A stretch of 63,623 nucleotides of DNA, filler included, from Streblomastix strix (Eukaryota), in assembly GCA_008636045.1 (NCBI GenBank). It is 4 parts of 4 records of this genome, joined end to end, with 100 filler letters (N's around TTAATTAATTAA, not from the genome) between each part and the next. Parts side by side here need not be neighbours in the genome. Positions count along the whole stretch, not along the records: positions 15,937 to 31,766 come from SNRW01000927.1; positions 31,867 to 47,695 come from SNRW01000928.1; 2 more parts are not named here. One strand, 5' to 3'. Shown here in pieces: positions 26,487 to 38,841 of this stretch (position 1 is the stretch's first letter; every line of letters begins with the position of its first letter). Under the pieces are notes generated by a model, which saw only the letters and a program-made list of their open reading frames with translations, was not told the origin of the DNA and searched no databases. Both the position numbers and the translations under genes were made by a program.

Positions 26487-29125
26487 TGCACAGCATGAGC
26501 CAGACCTAAACAACCGGAAATTCACAGTCGCAATTTGATTATAGTTGCTAATTATAGGATCTGGACGACAGCTCAAATTTTTCAGTGCAGGAAAACGCTG
26601 CCGAACTTAACATGCTGAGCACCGCGACAGAAGCATTGAATCAGGAGGATAGCACAGAATTTTCAAACAGCAATGCCATATTTGCGCATCAATAATCAAG
26701 CGAGAAGCACACCCCAAAGCGCACGGAACATGGAAACGGAGATGTTGCTCACAAAAAATAATCCGCAGATTGTTGCACTGACAACTACTTACAAACGTCG
26801 CTAACTTCGTTGATTGCATAAAGAAAATTCTAAAATAATATGATTAGGTTAAATGCTTCTGATATTCAACAGGTCATGAGATTGAAACCGAATTATTTAA
26901 AATTTAGTATTGCGCAAGCCATCCATATAGTTGAACCTTTTACATTTGTCATTTCAATTCCACTAGCTTGCCACTCCGTTACTTGCATTCATTTTACGCA
27001 TAATTGCTCTTTGCACAAGAACGACATAAGTTTGCGCAACACTATCAATTCTTTGAACTTAACTTACCTTCCCTCCCTTGCTAGCATCATACCCAATGAA
27101 TCTTATGATAAATATACCAAGGTTTAAGCTTATATAGTTCAAATGGAACACCACAACTAAGCACAATTAGCACATTTGAAGATATTTAGTTAAACTAATA
27201 ATAATTATTAATATTAATCAAAAAGTTCTACTGATAATTAGGAAATATTTAAAAGGGAATATACTTCTGATGTATTATAAAATCACTTCATAGCAACATA
27301 TAACTAGCTGTAGTAGTAATAACCATTTTCATACCGAATTACTTCTGTTACTCACCTTATTACTCACAAAACCTTTAATTAGGCTAATAATCACAATATC
27401 AGGTAATAACTTCTAATTAATCTATCAAGGTCTGAACTGTAGAACATACTCATGAATTCAAGATAAGAGCTGTTGATGGCATTCTCACAAGATTTGATAG
27501 AAGATGATGATAATGTAACCTTTGATTAATCAGAAAATGATAAATAGAAAATTTCTCCAATAATATTGCATAAAATAAATTAAGATATTAAAAGAAATTA
27601 CACTTCATAAATACTTTAGAGCTATTAAATCAATTAATCTAAGGGGAATTCAAACCCTTATAATAAGAGAACAGCACCAATCTATAACCATGATTCTAAT
27701 TATAAAGAGAAAAATGAATTATTTGAATAATATTCATTCAATAAAAGAATTAATAACAAAATAGAGATGAATTCTTCACTAGAATATTAGTAATAACCCA
27801 TATTAATATATTCAGATAAGAATAATATAATAAGAATTTAGACATAATCAGAAGAGGGAAATAATTATAAGAAAATAGATTAAGAAGATAAATAAATTAA
27901 TAATGAATATTAAGAAGAATAATAATAAGCATTAACAATAAATGAAAACATTAAATCCTGCCGAATTGAGCGTTTCCTGACAATTTCTGGTGTGCTTATA
28001 TGATGAATATAAAGATATTATTTTTTCAGAATAATATTTATGTTATTTATTAAAAAATAATTGTTGTATATCTGTAATTAACAATTTTTATATTTTATCA
28101 TTCATTTTAATATAGGTCCATAGCATCTGCTGATAGACATCACTATTATATCTAATGACTTGATACACTTTGCGATGATTTCCAATCTACATAATTCTTG
28201 TATGGCTGTTCAAGATACTGAATTCAAACCAAATAAATTCCATTTCTTCATGAACAAAGAGAAACTTCTTTCGGAAGATATTATTAATCAATCAATCAAT
28301 TCTGATGCTTCAAATATTATGAACTCCACTTCACACTATTTTTAATCTTTGTATCAACAACAAGATAGGAAATCTACAATAATCATTTATCTTAAAGCTG
28401 ATTAAGGATTTCCATTCTCTGAATAACTCAAATTCATCTGCAATCCAAGTAAATTAGAAAAATTGGCGTTTGAAACTCCTGATGATTCCACATTCCCAAT
28501 AATTAACATTCCATCACTTTCTTATCTTCTCATTCCATCTATTCAGATTATTCCTGATAATCACACAATTGAAATTATTGATCAATAAAATGAATTAAAA
28601 ATACATAAATAAAATAACTAAGAAATAATATATGGAAATGGAATTAATGAAGAAGAAAATGATTAACCTGAAATAAGAGAAATAAAGCATTAAAATACAG
28701 TTTGGGGTACAATTAAGAAATTTGGAATTGAATCAGAATTTGATCAATAAGCAAAATAATTATTAATATAGAATTTGAAAAGTACTCCTTATAAATAAGA
28801 GGTTAAAGATTCATCTCCTTCTGGAAGAATTAGGAATAATTGTTCTTCAATCAGCACACTTGGTGTTATTCTTATGTTCATAATGTTGATATTCATCTTA
28901 GTAATATCTCATTCATATATACAAAATATACTTTTGTAATAATAATCCTCAATTATTATACCTTCAAACAACAGTCAAACCTCAAAGAAGAAGAATAATA
29001 ATAATTCAACAGTACCTTGCTTAATTCGGAATAAATCCATTGTCTAATATTTCAATCTATAGAATTAATCTCTTCAATTAATCCTAATCACAATTCTTAT
29101 ATTTAGATTCATTTTTAATATGATT
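26487..29125 (+). CDS. Hypothetical N/Q/E-rich protein, about 800 aa, probable intron at about 27990-28115
   Basis: Long frame lacking TGA from MHSMSQTQTT through ORFs 26840-27127 and 28160-28345. I recognise no family. Confidence 0.55.
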
Positions 29126-29218
29126 TAAAACTCATTGATATTTGAATAATAATCATAACATAAGTTAAAATCATAGAATAGCATAAAGATTATAATTCCT
29201 GTTATTCTTCTAATATTC

Positions 29219-29445
29219 ATGAATCAACGAGGTTTGATTGATGCAACTGCTACAACAACTATTGTTGAGGGATAAAATTATATTGGAGCTGCCAGAATGA
29301 ATATTAGTGTAAACATAAGTACAAATGAATATATAGTTAGAACTTGTACTTTTACAAACTGCCTGAATGGAGCAATTAATATCAGATTATCAAATGGAGG
29401 TAAAGCTTCAGTAAGTAACTCACAATTTACTGGATTTGCAAGAAT
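29219..29445 (+). pseudogene. Truncated beta-helix (Pmp-like) gene fragment
   Basis: EYIVRTCTFTNCLNGAINIRLSNGGKASVSNSQFTG has the same repeat grammar as the downstream gene, then breaks off. Confidence 0.55.
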
Positions 29446-29636
29446 AGATCACTCTCCGGTACTTCAAAGAAACAATCTAAATTTCTACTCTAAATCCATA
29501 CTTCAATTCCTCTGCTAACATGACTCTTTCTTATTCTCAATGTTTATTCTCATTGTCATCAGAACATTCATATACATATTCCGTTATATTCTCACCAACA
29601 CATTGAAATTCAAGAAAAACATCTCAAATAATAATC

Positions 29637-31766
29637 ATGATTTATTATTGACTACTCTTCTCATTACTTTATTGTGTTAACGCGATTTCGCCCATGCTTA
29701 ATCAGTTAGCATTTACTTAGATGATAATGGAAATCCTGACGATGGTACAAATTGTGTGTCTAGTTCTGGTACTCCAACTGTTTAATCTTGTAAATACTTA
29801 ATTTAAGAGATTCCAATGTCGTATTTTTAATTGAATACTGGCGATTTCACTATTGCATTAACAGGAACATTCACTCTTACATAAGATCCTAACTTAAGTT
29901 AACAGGATACAATTCGTGGGATAACTTCTGTTTAAGCGAATAAATAATTGATTATTAACACTGATTTGGATGACTTTGTATTAGGATATGTATTCTTCCG
30001 CCATTTGAAGCTCAACTACTTAGGTACCAAAGCAAGTTTTTTCAACCAAATTGGATTCTATTCTACTATTGAGATAACAGATTGTGAGATAACAAATGAT
30101 CCTATATCATTCATTTTTTTGAATTAATTATCTTGCAACAATTTGATTGTAAATGGATTGAAAACATAAGCAGATATTATTACTTAAGATATTATAAATG
30201 CTAGATTGTCAATAGAATTATCTAATATTGAAGTAATTTAATCAACAATTTCAGACTATATTATTGAATCGGGTGCTTATTATATTAGGATATAAGATTG
30301 CAAGTTTGATCATATTACATAAATAACTGATAAAAGAAGCATTATTCTGATAGATTATGGTAATGATTGTGAGATGAAGAACATTACATTCTCTAATTAC
30401 ATCTGCAATCAAGACGCTTGGGGTGGCGCTGTGTACATTTATACATAAAATTTCGGATAGGTAACATTGAAAGATCTAACTTTTGATAAATGTCAAACAA
30501 TCTCAGATGGAGGAGCATTCGTTGCAAAAATATATGATGGATCTGTAGTTTCAGTTAAAGGTGAGTGTCTATTTAAAGAATGTGTCGGGAGGGTTGGCGG
30601 CGCGATTTGGGCTGCCTTAGGGAACGATAACTGTCAATTGATTCTTGAAGGAGATTTAACTTTTGATTCATGCCATAATTTAGGAATTTTTCCAGGCGGA
30701 GCCGTTGATATTGACATCAATAATCTTGGAAATTTGTATATTACTGGCACATGTACATTTAAAAAGTGCATTACCGACGGGACAGGAGGTGGAATGTGCG
30801 TCAATTGCAGAGGAACTGAAGATAAACTTCAATCTAATGATCAAATATACAACTAAGAATTCATTATATCAGGAAAATGCACTTTTGAAGAATGTTATTC
30901 AACATTATCGGAAGGAGGGGCACTTTATATTTCATCATATTAAGATAAAAATCTATATATAGAATTCAATTCAATAATATGTAAAGACTGCTAAGCTTAT
31001 TATGGAGGAGGAATATATTTTAGTATTTATGGAGAAAATGTAGAAATTCATTTATTAGGATCAATGGAATTTACTGACTGTATTGGAAGTAGTGGCGGGG
31101 GATTATATATCCGAATATAATAATCCGGACAAATATTAATTTCTAACAAATGTACATTTAATAGATGCATTGCTGAATATTTTGGAGGAGGTATTTACAT
31201 TGATTCATTTGATTAAGGAAATATTACTATTGAAGGAGAATGCATTTTCACTGAGTGTAAAAGTGAATAATCAGGCGGTGCTATCAATGTACATATCAAT
31301 TAAGGTTCATCATTTACTATAGAAGGAGCATGCGAATTCTTCAACTGTATTAGTTAATATTATGGGGGTGCTATTTTTGCATATGTAAACAATGCAAGTC
31401 AATTATTAATAAATGAAGTATGTATATTCAACCAATGTGTCAGTAATTAGGGTTAAGGAGGTGCTATTTTATGTAATTCTATTATGAATAGTCAAATTAC
31501 AATTAAAGGCGGATGCATATTCTATAAATGTAAAAGCAATTAAGAATAGAATGGAGGAGGAGGTGGTATATGTTGTTCTGCATATTAAGATTCATTAATT
31601 ATAATTAGTGAATGTGAATTTAATTAATGCGAAAGTGTAGAATCAGGTGGAGGAATAGCTGCTTATATTGGAAATCAATATTATTATGCTGATATAGATA
31701 CCAGTTAGATTATTATTAAAGGTGGTTGTAAATTCATCAAATGTACAACATAAAAATAAGGAGGAG
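29637..31766 (+). CDS. Secreted or surface right-handed beta-helix protein with Pmp-like GGA(I/L/V) and FxxC repeats; the 3' end is off the contig
   Basis: Hydrophobic signal-like LLLTTLLITLLC...AHAQ. More than 12 repeats of about 31 aa such as LTFDKCQTISDGGAFVAKI, CLFKECVGRVGGAIWAAL and CIFTECKSEQSGGAINVHI. Intronless. The ATG at 29637 is one base out of frame. Confidence 0.88.
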
Positions 31767-31866
31767 NNNNNNNNNNNNNNNNNNNNNNNNNNNNNNNNNN
31801 NNNNNNNNNNTTAATTAATTAANNNNNNNNNNNNNNNNNNNNNNNNNNNNNNNNNNNNNNNNNNNN
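31767..31866. other. Artificial contig-joining spacer
   Basis: N44-TTAATTAATTAA-N44. Confidence 0.98.
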
Positions 31867-32314
31867 GATTCCTATTTCATAATTTATTATCAAATGCTTC
31901 GATCGGAAATGGTTCACATTTATTCAATTCATCTACGTAATTATTAGTGTTTATGAATTCATGTGGAAAACGACCTTTCTTATATTATCCATTACCAAAT
32001 TCGATACATCTGTTTGCTCAAGAATTTAAATTCAAAATATTGGATTATTTCGAAATATTTGGGATCATGCGCTATCGCAAAATATACAGTTATTATGCAT
32101 TAATCTTCAAGCATTCAATTGAGATTCGTTGATTTCAAGATATACTCCATGCAAAATAAATTGAAAGATGCTGTAAGAGATTTTGGTAATGGATAATATA
32201 AGAAAGGTCGTTTTCCACATGAACTCATAAACACTAATAATTACGTAGATGAATTGAATAAATGTGAACCATTTCCGATCGAAGCATTTGATAATAAATT
32301 ATGAAATAGGAATC
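31867..32314. repeat. About 130-bp near-perfect inverted repeat (31867-31999 versus 32182-32314) at the contig start
   Basis: gattcctatttcataatt...ccattaccaaa is the reverse complement of tttggtaatggataat...aattatgaaataggaatc, with about one mismatch. Confidence 0.92.
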
Positions 32315-32595
32315 TAAGTGAAGTAAAGTACAAGGTTTATTTAGTCGATGCACCTAAATACAAACAGCGATAGTATTACTTGAAACATTATAATATATTA
32401 GATACTAGAGTTCTTACTGAAACAATAGATTACTTGATTGAATTAATGTTTAAATATAAAGTGGACATGTTAGCCAATATATCTATGGCACAAAACTCTA
32501 ATGCTATCATATATTCTATGGCATGTAATGATTTCAATATTAATGGAGATTATAATTCTGAATACATTGATAAATCTTTTAAAATGCAGGAATAA
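32149..32595 (+). mobile_element. Fragment of a protein-primed family B DNA polymerase (Polinton/Maverick-like or endogenous virus), pseudogenised
   Basis: LKDAVRDFG...KKGRFPHELINTNNYVDELNKCEPFPIEAFDNKL*...YYLKHYNILDTRVL matches the pPolB KGxFP motif and the Exo III YxxxD region. It has an in-frame TGA. Confidence 0.75.
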
Positions 32596-33379
32596 CATGT
32601 ATTACATTTCCGGGAGGGTTAACACATGTTTTACAACAAAACGATGGAGTTATAAATAGATATAGGCGAAGAAGATTCAAAGCAAAACTTAGAAATATGA
32701 AATTTTTAGAAAAATTGAATAAGATGAAGTAATTAAATATACACGAAGGATTGAAAATTTCATTTACAGCCGATGAAAAGAGAACGATGATGATTCTATG
32801 TTCTATTGATGCATATTAGGAAATCACAACTTTATCAAATCGAAAGTCATCATTTGAATGTACAGATCTTTGTCCTTGGTCACCAGAAAGAGCTTGTGCA
32901 AGTGAAAATATAAAAGATGATAAAGATAAACCTATATATCCAAACGGACGAATTATGAAAGGACATGATGTAAGTTTTGCTTTTCTAGTTCCAGGTTGGA
33001 TAAATAACGATGAAATATGCATCATAATGAAAAGAAAATGAGATTTTACTAATTAAGATGAAAATTCGGAAGATTTTCATGAAGAGATAAATTCTTTTGA
33101 ACAGGATAAATAGTTTAAATAAGAAAATAAAAGAAAAAGATTCAGAATATCCGAGTCGTAAAATCCGAAATTAAGTCAATCAATAAGAAACTCTTCAAAT
33201 TCAGGCGCACCTGTGAAAAAGTCATAACATCTTGGCGTAACTGCGAAGCGTACACCAAGTTCTGTCTCATATGTGAATCAGTTACTAGATATTGGCTTTG
33301 AAGTGAGAAATACATCAAACTCTGGCGCGACTGTGAAATGCACACTGAGTTCTGACAAAGCTGTGAAGAATGAATTAAA

Positions 33380-33842
33380 CTCCGGTTCTATAGCAAGAAA
33401 ATCTCTAAATGCTGGATAAATTCGAAAACTTGCTTCAACTCTTTCATTTGAAGAAATGCAAGAAGAGTTGGTCAATCACGACAGAGTGCTTTTCAACAAT
33501 CGAGGAGATGGGAACTGCTTCTATATGTCAATTAGCCATCAACTTCATGGAACAACTAAGATGCATGGAGCAATTCGGCAAGCAGCTGTAAAGGAACTTA
33601 TCGAAAACAGGCTGATGTATGAAGATGATTTTGATAAAGAGACTTTGGATTAATATGCTAGAAAGAAGAGTTAAGAAAGAAAATACGCGGACGCTCGAAA
33701 ATATTTTCTTACTTGTCGCGCTTTGAATATCAATCTAAGAGTATATTTTTGGGCTTGAAAAGTGGAAACAACAGATATTTGATCCAATAGATGAGTTGAA
33801 ATTGCATATTTAAATGGAAATCATTATGTAAGTGTAATCTGA
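33380..33842 (+). pseudogene. OTU-family cysteine protease domain, degraded
   Basis: NNRGDGNCFYMSISHQL...HGAIRQAAVKEL and a downstream IAYLNGNHYVSV supply the Cys and His motifs. TGA stops lie between them. Confidence 0.8.
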
Positions 33843-34680
33843 CTTTCTTAAAAATGTATCAGGACTTGGCCTATCATTTCAGCTATATTTGTATCTATTG
33901 ACACAATTGAAACATGAAATTCTTAGTAACACACTCAATTTATATATTTATTGTACAAAAAATAAATTATGGCTTTTAAAAATAATTATGGCTTTATACT
34001 AAAATTATGCCTTTTTGAGCTAACGATACTCAGTTATTTACAATGTTTGAAGAACCGGCTAATGAAATCACTTTAAATATTCAATGGGAATGACTCAAAA
34101 ATGTGAAGTTGTTGGAAATAATATATTTATTCCTCAATTGCCAAAGTGCGAATATTGGAAAATTTTTGGATAAATTATAAAATTAAAATTGTTATACACA
34201 ATTGATTTAAGTATATGGTTTAACTTTAATTATCCATCGAAATTTAAAAATCTAAATATTTTCTTCAATAAATTTATCATTAATAAGCCAGATTTATTTA
34301 TTTCAATATATATTATTCACTATTTTTCTATCCATCAGCCTGTTATTCATTTTTTAACATGATTAATTTAACATCAGAAATATATTATAAATATATTAAT
34401 AAGTATTATTATGTACCATAACACCATATTCACATACTTTCATTTCCATAAAAAAAACCGATTTTTTAAAATAAACATAACCTCTTTGTTAACTAAACAA
34501 AATTTTATTGAATCATTTTTGTTATTCAAATATAATTTTTTAAAATTATGCAATAATTTTAAGTTTATTACTCACTTAAGCGTAATAATTCATTTCAAAT
34601 GATTTATTCATTTTCTTATATAAATTTTTGAATCTTTTATCAATATTAATTTATTTTACATATATACTATCAATTCAGAT

Positions 34681-37600
34681 ATGATTTCAAAGAGGAAGTT
34701 ATCTCTTGGGACTTAATGCATCACAAGGCGGATTGCTGTATGTTGTGAATATTTTGAATTTAAAACCTTTATAACACTTTTTTTAGGTGAAGGATATTCC
34801 AGAGGCAGTTACATTTCTTAATACGGAAAATGAAAATGAAAAAAAAGAGTTTTCTAATTTTCTTCTTGAATTACTTTTTACTGGTTTTTATAATTAATTT
34901 TAAACATAAATTCAATATTTTAACTTTTCTTTATTCTAGATGATAAAGCCTCTTCAGCAATATATAATTCTGATGCAATATTTTATTCTATCTTAACTTT
35001 AACATAAGGAAAGGATTATTGCTCAAAAGTTTGTAGAATAATATGATTTTTATAGAGAAATTTTTTTTATATTATACAGCTTTAATCACTTGTGTTACTT
35101 CTTGCTGGTACTCTTGGTGTGAGTTAAAATGCTGATGAAATGATTACAGAATTGAGTATACCCATTCTTATCAAAGTGAGTAGTGAAACAATCGGCAAAC
35201 GTGATAAAATTTCTATGCAAGCTCTAAAATCACTCTGCGGTATTATGTAGAAAAATAATTCAGAGTCAACGAAAGACACAATGCTTAGAAGTGGGATAGT
35301 ATCATTATTTGTTTAGCATTTAACTGAACATGAAAGTCCCGAAGCTCCTCAAGTTCAAGATGGGGATGTAATCAAATAGCAAAATGAGAATGTTGGGAGT
35401 GAAGCAAGAAAGCTCTCATTGGAAGGAACACTCTGGCTTTGTCGTGCAGGGGCAGATAAAGAACTTCTTACAGATCTAATTGAACCTATTAAGTCAGTAG
35501 CTATAGATCCAGAAGAAGTAGATCGCGAATAAGCAGTTAGATTGAGCATTGAAGAAGAAGATGTTTTTGGATTATAAAGTGGACTTAAACATGGAAATCC
35601 AATTGATGAAGATAATAAATTAAAGGCTCGAGCAATTTTAGCAAAATATCTTGAACCAAAAAAGAAGAAATCTATTGATCTTAATAGTGAAGAAGTAGAT
35701 GATATTGATGACAATGATTTAAAAGATATTATATTTAAATTAGCAAATCCAAAAAGTGAAGTGGTAATTCCAGCACTCACATAGCTTACTAAATATGCAA
35801 CCAAATTTCCAACACTACCACATCTTTCCTAATTAGTTGGAATAGAAATTCTCCATTATTTATATTTCCTTGTTTTATCACCAGTATCTGAGCTGATTAG
35901 ATAAAGTTGCTTCTTAATTAAGACCATAGTTGGCCCATAAGGCAAAAGCGACAAATTTAAAAGTAAAAGTTCAAGCTTTAGAATGGTTAGTGACTCTGAG
36001 TAGAGAGCAATTGCAGACAGATAACGTCGTACTCATATTGGTCTTGTAATTGATGGTCATATATTTGAGAAACTATTGGAAATTCTTAGAATATATTTTT
36101 AAGGTGTTGATCAATAACTATCAAATGAAAGAGATGAAATACTTGGAATTGAAGGAATAACAAGGAAAAGAGATCATTCATAATCTCCAAATAGAAGTGG
36201 AAAGACTGGATAATAAAGATAATCTCCTATATCAAAAAGAACAAATAAGTAAAATAAACATTCTTCTCCTCAAACATTATAGTCATCTAGTTCATCAAGC
36301 TCTAACTAAATTTCTCCTCTTTAACCACTTCTTGTTAGAAATGCAGCTACATTAGGAATTATTGAAGCTGAGAACGTAATGTCTGTTGTACAATAAATGC
36401 TCTTAGGTGCAGATTACTAATTAACATCAACAATGGTTAGTCTTGGATGTATAGAAACTCTTTCAATGCTATTTTAAATGATGGTTAATGCAATAGAGAT
36501 AAGTGGAAGTCAAACTTCTGGAGATACTGAAAGTGAAACATTAAATTCTAAGAAGGATAACGATTATGATTAAGATACATATCAAAAAATTGCATAATCT
36601 TCATTCAAAGTACTTTCTATTCACTCATATCTTCTAAAAATGGGTTGTAGATCTATAGAATGTGTGTCAGTTCAAGGAGCCAGAGAAGCACCAATTTATG
36701 GGGAAAATTAATTTAAGGAAGAAACTGATAATTTTGTTGTAATTCACAAATTACTTTCTTTATTCCGCCATTATAGTCCCCTCTCAGATTCATCATCTAG
36801 AATAAATGTAATTAACACTTAGAATCCTGCTCAAAAATCTACATCACCTGCATCTAAATCTAAAAGTAGTAAGAAAGGAAATAATTAAACAGGAAAAGGA
36901 ATTCAAGTAGTTGCATAATATCCAACAGGATTGTGTCCTTCGTCAAATACATGTACATCCATTACATAATCATGCGCTAATGCTGTATTTTGTATTAATG
37001 GATACGATCTCCTTCCAAAACAGGCTGAAATTATAATTCCTTCATTGATGGCAAAATTACGACTTGAAAATAAAGAATTAGGAAATGAGCTATAATCCAC
37101 AAGTAGAAATTCAGGAGGAAGTTAAAATGATGATAATTTAGAAGCAGATAGAAACTCTCTTAGTACAATTAGTATGTTAGCTTGTACGGCTCTCTCTTTT
37201 CTTAATCCAACTGATGGTTAGTAATATTTTTATTCCTATATTCAAATTTAATAATTCCTTTATTATAATAGTTGAATACAAAGTAAATTTTATAGCTCCA
37301 CACCCTCAACTTGCTATTGCTGATGGTGCATCCATAAGGATTATTGATAACAATGATACAACTGTATATATTGATAAGATCATTGATAGCGTATGTTTAA
37401 TAATTATATTGAAAAAGTTTATATTGATTATTGAATAATTTGTTTATTTATATTATATCTTTTTATTTTATTATTTTTAAAATATTTATATATAGGGTAT
37501 ATGGAGATGGTTTGAATTATAATAAATTTTTTCAATTTATTCATTATAACATTTTTTAATAGTGATTTGAAATTATCAACTGGAGAAAGGGGATAAAATT

Positions 37601-38268
37601 GTATGAAATTTATTTCTTTAGATATTAATTCAAAATCATCCCATTAATTTCTCTTATTTTTATGTATCTTTTAAAATTAAATCAATTCATTTTAGCTGTT
37701 GGAATCTTTAGAAGCTCATTTCTTATTCCATATTCATATCCTCTGGGATTAGATTCTGAAAGTGTTAGCTTTGATGCATATAGGTTTGAATTTATTTTTA
37801 ACCACTAATATATAAAATTGATATTAATTTTCATATTTCCGATTTATTCAAATATCTAATCATATAATATTATTGAATATATATTAGAGGGTACTGCAAG
37901 CAAAGGGGAGTTACATCAGCATATATGTAGAAATGGGGATAAGGGGATATAATTGGTATAGAACTAAATATGGGTAATCGAACTATTCATTTCTTTGTAA
38001 ATGGTGAGCTAATGCCAGTTGCATATCGTAATATACCTTCTCGTGTACGAATTGCAGCTCATTTTCTTACATCAGAGAGCGAGGGGAAGGTTTATTTCCT
38101 TCCAAATCTAATTATTAACTTTATATTAAAAAATATATTATAAAATTTAAGGTAATCTCTTTTCGCAGACTATATCGGCATTCCATCCCATTCACAACAA
38201 GATGCTAGTTAATTGATTGGAATTATAACATCTAAATTGAGCGTTGGTCAGCCGGAGGAGCGAAATGA
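34681..38268 (+). CDS. Large multi-exon protein with ARM-like helical repeats and a C-terminal SPRY/B30.2-like domain
   Basis: A long TGA-free exon at about 35080-37215 has ARM-like helices (MLRSGIVSLFVQHL; MVSLGCIETL). The C-terminus reads WGQGDIIGIELNMGNRTIHFFVNGELMPVAYRNIP. Confidence 0.75.
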
Positions 38269-38382
38269 AAAAAATCATGCTAGATCTGAATAACTGCCAT
38301 TATCATTTCAATTAATTTTATTTATATATTTATAATAAAATAATTAATATTATACATTCAACTTTTTTCATTAATCAGCAAT

Positions 38383-38610
38383 ATGTGCTTCCTAAAAATT
38401 TTGGAAAAAAAACACACACAGCCCTAGCCATTCAACTCTGTTTTGGCATGTTTGTGTTCTCTATGATAACTAAACTATTCTTCACTCAGATTGTAGCACA
38501 ACAAAAATGTATACAGGCAAAACTTATGGAGAAATGAATCCCGATGAAAAAAACAAAAGCTCTCATAGAGGAAAAGCTCTTGCTAACTTTTTACTCGTTC
38601 ATTATTTTTC
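38383..38610 (+). pseudogene. Ham1/ITPase (non-canonical purine NTP pyrophosphatase) C-terminal fragment
   Basis: TGKTYGEMNPDEKNKSSHRGKALANF matches the TYAEM..EKN.ISHR..AL signature. I see no FG(W/Y)DP motif and no N-terminal half. Confidence 0.65.
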
Positions 38611-38841
38611 TTATAATTTTTAACTTTTAAATTAGCAAAATCGCTAATTTCTAGCATTCATAGCCAAAATATCCTCAAAATGAATCTGAAATAAAAAGCA
38701 GTTTTCAGATCGTTATTATCAATATTGCAAATTATAATTTTTATAAATCTTTATTTCTCCGCTTAACCTTTAAAAAAGTTTAATTCTATTTTATCAAATT
38801 TTTTTAATTTTATTGTATTATAATTGGTTTTCGTAGTATTA

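Noticed and set aside
35355..35804. Longest ORF in the track (149 aa, minus strand)
   Set aside because: It is antisense to the long exon of the ARM/SPRY gene.
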